The notes under the pieces are model-generated. The model did not search any database. It saw only the letters and a program-made list of their open reading frames with translations, and was not told the DNA's origin. The position numbers and the translations under genes are program-made. DNA of 64,000 nt from NCBI GenBank assembly GCA_963794945.1, contig CAWCFT010000004.1, positions 32,001 to 96,000 of the forward strand, read 5' to 3'. This document shows positions 31,316 to 40,564 of this stretch, piece after piece. The stretch comes from Endomicrobiales bacterium (lineage in GTDB: Bacteria > Elusimicrobiota > Endomicrobiia > Endomicrobiales > CAWCFT01). Every line of letters starts with the position of its first letter. Positions within the stretch are counted from its first letter, which is position 1.

Positions 31316-32404
31316 TTAATATTGGTGCGCCTTATGCGGCCCCATGCTGAACAACACTTGCAGCATAACGGTGTGGTCTACCGGCGCGGCCTGCGGAACA
31401 TAATTCTCGTACGTAAGGCGGAACAATGTCGTTTCTTCCAGTAACGAGAAGTTCAGGAAAGCTTTAATCGCTTTGTTGATAAAGCCGGGGTTCTCGACAG
31501 GGTTGAACTGGTCGTAAATTAACCCTCCGTTCCACCTCTCCCAGAAAGCCATGTCGCCGAACGCATAAAAGCCGGACCTGCCTTCGTGGCTGGAAGCGCC
31601 GGTTGCCGTGTTGCTAACCAGATCGCTCTGGTTGTTATAATATTCGCCCTGCAGCGTAAGTTTTGTGGTAACCGCGAGCGGTATCTTTGTTTTGAAATCC
31701 GCGCCGTAAACGGTTGTTTTTGTTCCCCACTGCACGCTGTTCGTCCCCTGCGTTGCCGACATTCCTATCTCAAGGGGCGTGACGTCATTTATAAGGAAAG
31801 AGTTGCTCCAGCGGCCCAGCCACCCGCTTGCGGATTGCGTTTCGTCCGGATGGAACGCCGATCCGTCGTTATAATCGAACGATAGCACAGATGCCCAGCT
31901 TCCCGGTAGAGGCAGCAGGTACGATACCTGTGCGGCAGTTTCATTATAACCGTCATCGCCAGCGGGCATCGGCAGCATAGAAGTTAACACGCGCGGCGCC
32001 ACGATAAACGGCAGCGCGTGCGGGTGCACCGGGTTGATCTTTCCGAAAATTGCCCGCCACTTACCCAGCCTCACGCCTATGCCGTCAGGAAGCCCCTTGA
32101 AAATGGTCATGTACGCTTCCTCTACGCTGATATTTGTGGTCCCGCTGCTTGAATCAATTGAAAATACGAACACGCCTTTGGCGTAGGGGTTGAGGTAGGT
32201 GTCGCACTGTATCTCGGTCTCGCCCATACCCAGAGTGGTCTTGCCGGCGTTGCCCGTGGTCGCGTCATCGGTATTCTCCCCGACTATCTGCCCGATAACC
32301 GATATGTTCGGGTTGACGGGCCCGGCGTACGAAACAGTTGCGGAAAGCATGCCGCATATAAAAAATAGTATAAATATAGATCGCGTAAATCTGTTTATCA
32401 TCAT
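31316..32404 (-). CDS. Outer-membrane beta-barrel associated with metal uptake
   Basis: NPNISVIG, VEEAY, GKINPVHPH, C-terminal GPHKAHQY. Confidence 0.7.
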   Translation of the reverse strand: MMINRFTRSIFILFFICGMLSATVSYAGPVNPNISVIGQIVGENTDDATTGNAGKTTLGMGETEIQCDTYLNPYAKGVFVFSIDSSSGTTNISVEEAYMTIFKGLPDGIGVRLGKWRAIFGKINPVHPHALPFIVAPRVLTSMLPMPAGDDGYNETAAQVSYLLPLPGSWASVLSFDYNDGSAFHPDETQSASGWLGRWSNSFLINDVTPLEIGMSATQGTNSVQWGTKTTVYGADFKTKIPLAVTTKLTLQGEYYNNQSDLVSNTATGASSHEGRSGFYAFGDMAFWERWNGGLIYDQFNPVENPGFINKAIKAFLNFSLLEETTLFRLTYENYVPQAAPVDHTVMLQVLFSMGPHKAHQY

Positions 32405-32459
32405 ATTCTCCTGAAGAAAGGTAATTGAAAATTATAACGGGAAAATGGACTGAAGTATG

Positions 32460-32738
32460 TCAGCAGGCGGCCGGAGGGCTGCGAAGTTGAAGGTTATCCT
32501 TGAGAAATTGCTGAACCTGAGGTTTGCCGATAACCAGGATTATGAACAGAACAAAAAGCAAATGAGCTATGGCAGTAACATTATAAATGAAAGGCTGATT
32601 AGATACAGCGCAGATCGGGCAATCGTCATGTGCGATATTACCGGAATGCTGGTGAAAAGGTATAACGACGCAAAAAAACAGGATTATATAGAGACCGATC
32701 AACCAGCTTAATGGTTTAAAGCATTTGGACAAATTCAT
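32460..32738 (-). CDS. DUF2946/CruR-like leader ORF (TM-His-CxxC...RSPP)
   Basis: HQHSGNIAHDDCPIC; ends LRSPPAAC; first gene of the OM-barrel/SBP/permease unit. Confidence 0.8.
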   Translation of the reverse strand: MNLSKCFKPLSWLIGLYIILFFCVVIPFHQHSGNIAHDDCPICAVSNQPFIYNVTAIAHLLFVLFIILVIGKPQVQQFLKDNLQLRSPPAAC

Positions 32739-32746
32739 TGACTTTT

Positions 32747-32775
32747 GTTATACAATTTTATTATAAAAATGTCAA
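32747..32775 (-). promoter_or_regulatory. Sigma70 promoter, near-leaderless, within an inverted repeat
   Basis: TTGACA-17 bp-TATAAC, 8 nt before the ATG. Confidence 0.65.
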
Positions 32776-32875
32776 TGAAATGGTTTGATAATGCCCGTAG
32801 TGTGGTTTGCTATTCAAGCTCTGGTTAGCGCATTGCAGGCAGATACAGGCAAGGCCTGCTATGCTCGTAAGCCTC

Positions 32876-33502
32876 TTATTGTTCCAACTTGAATTGTATT
32901 GCCTGCCGTATTTTTACCGGAACCCGTTCGGGCCCTAAGTATGCCGGGGTATAACGAAGCAATTTAGCAGCTCTCTGCGCAGCCTGGTCAAATGCAATAC
33001 CTGCTGACTGCACTATGTCAACCGATGTTATTTTGCCATCTGCATCCAGGTGGAGATCCATTACAACTGTGCCCTCACGACCCGCATCGCGTTCTTGTTC
33101 CGGGTAAAGCCTCTGCATTATCCTGTCAAGGTCAGCGAGGTTTAAGAGCTGAGGCAGTCTAGTTATAAGATTGAGCCCGACTTCGCCGGTACCACTTGAC
33201 GGCTGGTTATCTTCCACCTGCGGTTGTGGCTGCGTGGGTTGAGGTGTATATGGCTTTACCTGGTCAGGTGTCGGTTGAACCCAGGTCCTGGGCTTAGCCG
33301 CCGGTTTTGCAGCAGGCGGCTCGCTTGTGGTGCGCCGGACAGCGTTGGTAAGGTCAATTTCGACCGTTCGTTTCGCCACGTGAGGGAGCTTTACGTTCTT
33401 TAAGCTGAATACAGCAAGATGAACACATAATGAAAGAACAAGCATACCCCATAGTATGGAGTCTTCATGCTGCCATAAATTGAAAGGTAACCTGTATCTC
33501 AT
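32876..33502 (-). CDS. tonB: TonB energy transducer
   Basis: TM SxxxH, Pro-rich linker, YP...GREGTV...FDQAA. Confidence 0.9.
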   Translation of the reverse strand: MRYRLPFNLWQHEDSILWGMLVLSLCVHLAVFSLKNVKLPHVAKRTVEIDLTNAVRRTTSEPPAAKPAAKPRTWVQPTPDQVKPYTPQPTQPQPQVEDNQPSSGTGEVGLNLITRLPQLLNLADLDRIMQRLYPEQERDAGREGTVVMDLHLDADGKITSVDIVQSAGIAFDQAAQRAAKLLRYTPAYLGPERVPVKIRQAIQFKLEQ

Positions 33503-33912
33503 GACTTGAATTTAGCCTCCACTTCCGTTGCCACATGGGTTATGCCCGCGCCTCTGATAGTATCAAGGACGCCCGCCACATCCCCCCAGGAAACCCGCTC
33601 ATCCGCCCCCAGCGTAACATGAAGGCCGGCATCCATACGGGCCATCTGGCTTAAGTTGACGGTCAGTTCTTGAATGGTAACCTTTGTTTCATTCAACACG
33701 AGAGTCTTGTCCGCTTTCAAAATAACGTGAACGCTCTGGGTGGGCGTCTCCTGCGAATTGGCGACTTTAGGCAGGTTCAAATTGATCGAGCGGTGAGCGA
33801 TCAAATGAGCCGTTGCCATAAATATTATGAGAAGCACCAGAACGATATCCACCAGCGGCGTTACGTTAATTCCGGTTATCATACCGTTGCCGGATTGATT
33901 TGTTGAAGCCAT
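33499..33912 (-). CDS. exbD: Biopolymer transport ExbD
   Basis: INVTPLVDIVLVLLIIFM. Confidence 0.92.
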   Translation of the reverse strand: MASTNQSGNGMITGINVTPLVDIVLVLLIIFMATAHLIAHRSINLNLPKVANSQETPTQSVHVILKADKTLVLNETKVTIQELTVNLSQMARMDAGLHVTLGADERVSWGDVAGVLDTIRGAGITHVATEVEAKFKS

Positions 33913-33914
33913 GA

Positions 33915-34547
33915 TTAGTTCACCCCCATGAACATAATGACTTTCTTGCCGAAATGGTCGGCGTCATTTATAAGATCATTGATCTTTTTCTGCAAGAAAT
34001 TATAAGAGGCCACGCAGGGCAGAGCGACCACGATGCCAAGCGCTGTCGCTATAAGCGCGTCCGCAAGGCCCGCCATAACCACTTCCGGGCCCTGACCGCT
34101 GTAAATCGCCAGGTTCTGGAAGGCATGGATAACTCCCAGCACTGTGCCCAATAAGCCGATGAAGGGCCCGTTGTTGCCCAAAGTTCCAAGAACCACTAAA
34201 CGCTTCTCGAGCCGCCTTCTTTGAAGATTCAACTGCACTTCCAGCCTTTCCTGAAGGATATCCTTGCCTTGAGTTCTGTGTTGCAAAAGATCCTCAACGA
34301 TAGCGCAAAGTACCGAGTTTGGTTTTAACCCCTTAACGGTTTCGTCAATGCTCCCGGGGGCAAGTTTATCATCAATTTCAGGAAGCGTTTTGTTTTGATA
34401 AGACGAATGCCCGATCACGATGATCATGCGCTCGAGGATCACGGCGAACGCTATTATCGAACATAGTACCAGCAGGTAAATAACGTACGTTCCGCTTACG
34501 GCGATGACAGACTGCAATGCTTGTAAATGTTGTCCCATTCCCATCAT
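33915..34547 (-). CDS. exbB: ExbB/TolQ proton channel
   Basis: PFIGLLGTVLGVIHAF...ALIATALG. Confidence 0.92.
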   Translation of the reverse strand: MMGMGQHLQALQSVIAVSGTYVIYLLVLCSIIAFAVILERMIIVIGHSSYQNKTLPEIDDKLAPGSIDETVKGLKPNSVLCAIVEDLLQHRTQGKDILQERLEVQLNLQRRRLEKRLVVLGTLGNNGPFIGLLGTVLGVIHAFQNLAIYSGQGPEVVMAGLADALIATALGIVVALPCVASYNFLQKKINDLINDADHFGKKVIMFMGVN

Positions 34548-34588
34548 ATATTTTCTCCTTAAAATTAAATCAACTATTAGAATAAGGT

Positions 34589-34672
34589 GTCATTGCGAGG
34601 AGCTGTCCCGAAGCAATCTAGTTTTTCGTAGTAACACCAAGATTGCCGCGTCGCTCCGCTCCTCGCAATGAC
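34589..34672. repeat. Family 2 palindromic element
   Basis: GTCATTGCGAGGAGC...GAAGCAATC...GATTGCC...GCTCCTCGCAATGAC. Confidence 0.85.
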
Positions 34673-34679
34673 AGACCTT

Positions 34680-37042
34680 TTAGCTTCCAAACGGAACCGA
34701 GACTTTCACGTACATGTTCCGTCCCGGGTCGCCGATATTGAACTCCTTTAAAATGCTGTTGAAATCAATGTAACTTACGTCGAACAGGTTATTGACTCCA
34801 GCGTCCACAGCGATCCGGCTTCCCATGACCACGAGTTCCCCTCCCAGCTGCAGGTTTGTCAGGCTGTAGCCCGGGGTCGGTATATCCGTGCCGAACGTGA
34901 GGTTCTGTGCCGACGTAACTTTTTCGTCAACGCCGAAGTAAGGATGCGACACAAAACCCAGCGACTTCGTGTGGAAGTTCGCTCCGATCAGCCAGTTATC
35001 CGCGGGCACGTGCGGCAAATTGCTTGTTGGATACGGTGAGTTATTAGCCTCGTCGTTGTCGCCGCGCACCATGTTGTATACCGCGTTGAAGGTGAGCCAA
35101 TCCGTCGCCGCGAAGTTAACAGCGCCATCGATTCCCTTGACTGTAGCATTGGTCTGAATTGTTTGTACCACGGGTATCGATTGATCGGTAGAAGTCAGCC
35201 GGCGGCTTTTCACCCGGTGAAAGCGCTGGTAATGTAATTGTGAATGTCGTTATTGAACACACCCACCTCGCCCTTGATACGCTTTGAAGCCCAGCGCAGG
35301 GAGACCTCAGAATTTAGTGACGTCTCGGGCTGAAGGTTTGGGTCGCCAATCTCGAAGGTGCCGGTTCCCTCATGCTTTCCATAGGCAAAGAGCTCAAAAG
35401 GGACGGGGTTCCTGAACCCCTGGCCTACGTTGACTACGAAGGCGAACGGGTCGGAAACGTGATACACGCCACCCACCGCGCCGACTACCGCGGAATAATC
35501 CCGTGTCTGTGCAGCGACCGGGTGAGCGTCGCCGGCGCCCATACCGTTGCTGAAGTCTATGCCAATCATGCCGTCATGCTGAATGTTGTATTGGGCCTGG
35601 TCGCCGCGGACGCCGAACGTAAAGTCAAACTTGCCCGTTGTGACGTCTTCTACTGCGAATGCCCCGAGGCTTCCTTCGTCATAAGACGGCGTGAGATGCA
35701 CTATACCCACCGACTGGTCCGTTCTTCCTAGAACTGAAACCCCTACCGTTCCCTGAAATGCTCCCATTGGCGCAAGGTGCGCCTTGACGTCGAGCGTATT
35801 ACTTTGCTCTATCCAGTTAAGGTGCGGAGCGGGCGGCGGAACAACGTTCGGGCTGTTGCCGTTCGAGTCGGGATGGGTGTCATCCACGTCAGGCGAATCG
35901 TACTCCTTGCGGTCGCACAGGTCATAACCGGCCGTGATGTCGAAGCGGGCGGGCCCGGTATTTATATCCGCTTTTACAACCCCATGCTCGTGATGCAAGT
36001 CCTGAAACTCGGAATCACTTAGATTGTCCCGCGGAGGAAATGGCAATGTTGGATTTTGAAGCTCCACTCGCTTGTTGAACACGGCGTACGAAGCGGTTAA
36101 GCCTCCCCAGTCCTTGCGAAACCCTGCTTCCGCGCTTCCGTTGACCTGGTTCTCGCCGGTGTTCGGCACTTCTCCTATCTTAGGCGTGTAAAAATTCCCT
36201 GCCTGCATCTGGGAGAGGTTTGCCCGGTAACCCCAGCAGCCCGTGGCACCCGAAACCTCGAAGTTCTCTCCAACAGAGTTGTTGTTCGAGTTCGTTATAG
36301 CAGAGAACCTTCCGCGCAGGGGGCCGTCTCCCAGGTTCGCGTCCGGTAGCTCCGGATGGCTGATGGAAATGACCCCGGCGATAGCGTCGGAACCGTAAAG
36401 GAGGCTGTTAGGCCCCCTCATGACCTCTATGCGGTCCGTGCCGAGGGGATCGATTTCCGGCGCGTGCTCACTGCCCCACTGCTCAGACTCACTGCGAACC
36501 CCGTCTTCAACGATGACTATCTCCTGAGAATTTAGGCCGCGGATGATGGGCTTAACTACGGTGTCACCCTCGCCTATCATGCTGACGCCCGGTTCGTTCT
36601 GGATAGCGGAAGCGATGCTCTCGCCCCGCTCGCGGTCCATTTGGCGGCCTTCAACCACGCTCACCGAGGCGGGCGTGTTAAGGGTGCTCTTCGCCGCGGC
36701 CGAAGCGGTGATCGTGATGGGCGTCATCGCTATAGGCGAACTGCCCAGTTCGGCGTTGACGGTAAGGTCTTCTTCCTTAACGGTGATCTGGCGAATTTCA
36801 TCGGCAAAACCGATTCGCCGGAATTCCAGGGCGTAATTGCCCGGGGAAATGTTATCTATCCTGTAAACGCCGGAAGCGTCGGTTTGGACGCCTTTCTGAA
36901 TGCCGGGGATAACAACCTGCGCGCTGCCAACCGCGTTCCCTGAAGGATCGGTGACTTTACCTGAAATGGACGCCGCGTAAGCGGCTCCGCTTGTAGTTAT
37001 AAAAAGTATAAAAACAACTATGGCTTTAAATATAAGTAGCAT
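34680..37042 (-). CDS. TonB-dependent receptor; frameshift ~35215-35230
   Basis: Carboxypeptidase-regulatory-like N-domain, IEVMRGPNSLLYGSDAIAGVI plug motif, NNLFD...PGRN end; EHAPE and GKHEG motifs. Confidence 0.9.
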
Positions 37043-37190
37043 AATTTACTCCTTGATTAAATTATAAATAATAATTGTTCGCCATCAATTTAATGGATGC
37101 CTGATATAAAGCAACACAATTAATGAATGGCGGCGCAACTGCGCAGTGATGCCCAGTTACCTTGTTATTGAATTGTAAATATGCAGGAAG

Positions 37191-37469
37191 TTAAGCGGCA
37201 GGAGGGCCGCGAAGGTGAAGAGTTGCCTTGAGGAAGAATTGTACTTGAGGTTTGCTAAGAACTAAAATTATAAAGAGGACAAAAAGCAAATGAATGATAG
37301 CGGTGATATTAGAAATGAACGGCTGGCTGGAAACAGCGCATATCGCGCAATCGTCATGGGAATCGAAATCGCCGTGATGGTGCAGCGGTATTATGATCGC
37401 GAAAAGCAATGTCAGGTAAACTATCGCGATATAACCTATCAGCTTAGACACAACACGAATCTTATTCAT
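37191..37469 (-). CDS. DUF2946/CruR-like leader ORF (TM-His-CxxC...RGPP)
   Basis: HHHGDFDSHDDCAIC; ends HLRGPPAA; directly upstream of the TBDT; paralog of 32460..32738. Confidence 0.82.
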   Translation of the reverse strand: MNKIRVVSKLIGYIAIVYLTLLFAIIIPLHHHGDFDSHDDCAICAVSSQPFISNITAIIHLLFVLFIILVLSKPQVQFFLKATLHLRGPPAA

Positions 37470-37480
37470 ATTACACTACT

Positions 37481-37509
37481 TTTATACATTATCCTTATTT
37501 AAAAGTCAA
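37481..37509 (-). promoter_or_regulatory. Sigma70 promoter of the leader-TBDT unit
   Basis: TTGACT-17 bp-TATAAA, 11 nt before the ATG. Confidence 0.6.
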
Positions 37510-38850
37510 CTGTGCCCGCGTTCCAACAAAACTACTGTTTCAATGTGGTAAGTTTGAGGGAACATGTCTACCGGTATTATCTTTACGGCCTTGTACCCGC
37601 CTTTTTGCGATATATCCGCAAGGTCGCGGGCCAGTGTAGCCGGATTACAGGAGACATAAACTATTTTTTCCGGCAGGCATTTTACGACAAAATCTATCAC
37701 CTTGGCCGAGAGGCCGCCCCGGGGAGGGTCAAGCACTATAACGCTGAAATCCGTCGGCACCATGCCCTTGACCCATTTCTCGAGAGTGCCAGCTTCGAAT
37801 GATATATTCTCCACGTTATTGATCTTCTTGTTGACCAGGGCGTTCTCTATCGCCTGCTCAACCTGCTCGACGCCTAGGACCTTTTTAACGTACGGCGCGA
37901 TGACTATGCCTATTGTACCCGTCCCGCAGTAAAGGTCAAGCACGGAATCCGTGTTTTTGAAATTTCCGAGCTCAATGACAGTCTCGTATAGTTTCTCCGT
38001 TCCCAGCGTGTTGGTCTGGAAGAAGGAAAAAGGAGATATCGAAAAAACATAACGCCTGCCTTTAATTTCAAGGGACTCTTCGATGGTCTCGGAACCGTAA
38101 AGGAGCCTCACTTCTTCGGCCCTTACGGCGTCCGAAACGCTGCCGTTTATGGTCAAGTGAAATGATGTTATCTTATCTTTAAGTGAGTTTACAAGCGGGT
38201 CAAATAACCCGGCCGGGAAATTCCGGCTGCTTACCACAAGGTTTACCAGCAGCTGGCCTGTCCTTACGCCTTTCCGCAATACCAGGTGGCGATAGAACCC
38301 CTCGTGTGAGCGTTTGTCGTAAACCGAAAGCCCTGAACACCGCGCGAACTCCTTTATTTTTTCAGTCACCAACAAAAAATCGTCTCCGCAGATAAGGCAC
38401 GGCGGAACAGGGAAATACCTGTTGAACTCGTTTTTTTCGTGGAGCCCGATATCAGGGCTGGCGTCCCTGGCGAAAAAGAAGCTAAATTCCATTTTATTTC
38501 GGTAGTTCCAGGCGGTTGGGCTCTTAACACAAGGGGTAGTGATCGGGCAGAATTTTTCGAGCAGCTCTTTTACATAGCCTTCCTTGATCCTGACCTGGTT
38601 ATCGTAACCGGTATGCTGAAAACTGCACCCGCCGCATTTCCCGAACGACGGGCACTTAGGCGCGGTGCGTTCAGAACGACGGAGTTACGATCTCAACCAG
38701 CTTCGCCTCTTTGAACGTTTTCTTGCTCTTCGTGACAGCGACTTCTGCGGTCTCGCCAGCGAGAGCGCCTTCGGTGAACGTGGCAATGCCGTCGTCACCT
38801 CTGCCGAGGGCTTTTCCGGGATAAACTACTTTTTCTATCTTGATTTTCAT
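37506..38850 (-). CDS. rlmD: 23S rRNA m5U methyltransferase (RlmD/TrmA family); frameshifts in the 5' part
   Basis: FFQTN, LDLYCGTG, LDPPR, YVSCNP, DMFPQTYHIE; TRAM start MKIKIEK at 38850; CGGC present. Confidence 0.88.
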
Positions 38851-40479
38851 TAGTGGGCCGAGACGGGTATGTTGATGATGAACGAAGAGCCTTCTTTAGG
38901 CGTGCTTTTTACGTGGATCTTCCCGTTATGCTGTTCAAGTATACCGTATGAAATGCTGAGGCCAAGGCCGATATTCTTTTTTGGGTCCTTGGTTGTAAAG
39001 AACGGCATGAATATCTTGTCGACGATCCTTGAATCTATCCCGGCGCCATTATCGTTGACTTCAACATAAACCTGTCCTTCAGCGGACGATGTTCTTATGG
39101 TTACGATCTTTTCGGTTTGGCTTCGTTCTTCTTGTGAATTAAATGACTGCTGCGCGTTTACGAACAGGTTAAGCAGAACCTGTTTTATCTGGTTAAAATC
39201 TATCTTTGTCGCGGGCAGGTCCGGCATAAGTTCCTTGACAACGCGTATGTTATCGTTCTGGAACTCGTATTCCACCAGCTCCAGCGCTTCTTCGACGGCC
39301 TGATTGATATCTGCATCGGCCAGCTGCGCCTTGTGGTACGATGAAAACACTTTGAGGTTATTGATGACTTCCCTGCACCGCTCTGACCCTTCCTTTATCC
39401 TGAGCAGCATCTTTTATATCAGCGGGAAGCGTCTTTTTTTTCAATATTTTTTCAGCCTGGGAACTTACCTGCTCTATCGGGGCGTTCAGCTGATTTACAA
39501 GGCTCGTGGCAACCTGCCCAACAGCCGACATCTTTTCGACAAGCACAACCTGCCTTCTCGACTGTTCCAGCTGCCTGTGAGCATTCTCGAGTTCCGATAT
39601 CTTTATTTCCAGTTTCTCATAAAGCTTTGTATTATCAATTGATTGAGCTATCTGGGAAACGAATATCGACAGGTTCCTTATGTCCGAAACGCTGAACTCG
39701 GAATGGTTCTTCGTTCTGGATACCATAAGGATACCAAGATTTTTGTTCTTTATCTTTATGGGGTAAGTTGCCAGCGATTTCATTTCGGAGTCAAGGAATA
39801 ACCCTTTCATTGCCGGGTTATCCGATAACGGGTGTTTGAAGATCACCGGCGAATCATTCATCTGCCCGGATGAATAAAGCCTTTCGGCGAGGCTGGTGAA
39901 CGACCCCTGATAAGGGTAATAAACAAGCGAGAACGACGCCGCGGCGAGGTACAGTTGTTCCTGGTGGTCAAACAATAAAAGCGCTATCTCATCGGCCCTG
40001 ATGACGTTCTTTAGTAGATTGATCATTATAGGGAAGAGTTTTTCCAGCTTGAGGCTCGAGAATATAGCCTTGCTGCTTTCGTACAGCGCGATTAGGGTTT
40101 TAAGTTCGCTTTTTTCAAGCGCTTTTTCAAGGAGGGCTATTACTTCGTCTATGTTGAAAGGTTTCTGTATGAAATCGTACGCGCCGTTCTTCATGGCTTC
40201 TACGGCGTTCTCAACAGTGGCGTAACCGGTTATCATTATAACTTCAGTCTCGGGCGAGACTTTTTTTACCGTATCAAGGACCTCAAGGCCGTCATGTTTT
40301 GGCATCTTGATGTTTGTTATGACAACGTCGTATTTTTCGGACTGTATCTTTGATATTGCTTCCTCGCCGTTCGACGCGGTATCTATGGTGTGGCCTAGTT
40401 TTGCAAGCTCTATCGTTAGCAGTTCGCGTATCCCCTGTTCGTCATCAACAATAAGGATCCTTGATTTTGGTGCCGCCAT
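38850..40479 (-). CDS. REC-GAF-HisKA-HATPase protein with degenerate phospho-acceptors; frameshift ~39410
   Basis: Paralog of 56275..57912; receiver reads ITNIKMP, H-box reads LVNQLNAP; ATP-binding boxes largely kept. Confidence 0.85.
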
Positions 40480-40564
40480 AATCTCTTACCCCGCTGTGAA
40501 ATACCGCCATCTTTACACTCTGCTGATATTATACAGTTTTAACCTATGCGTGTCTATAGCGGCT

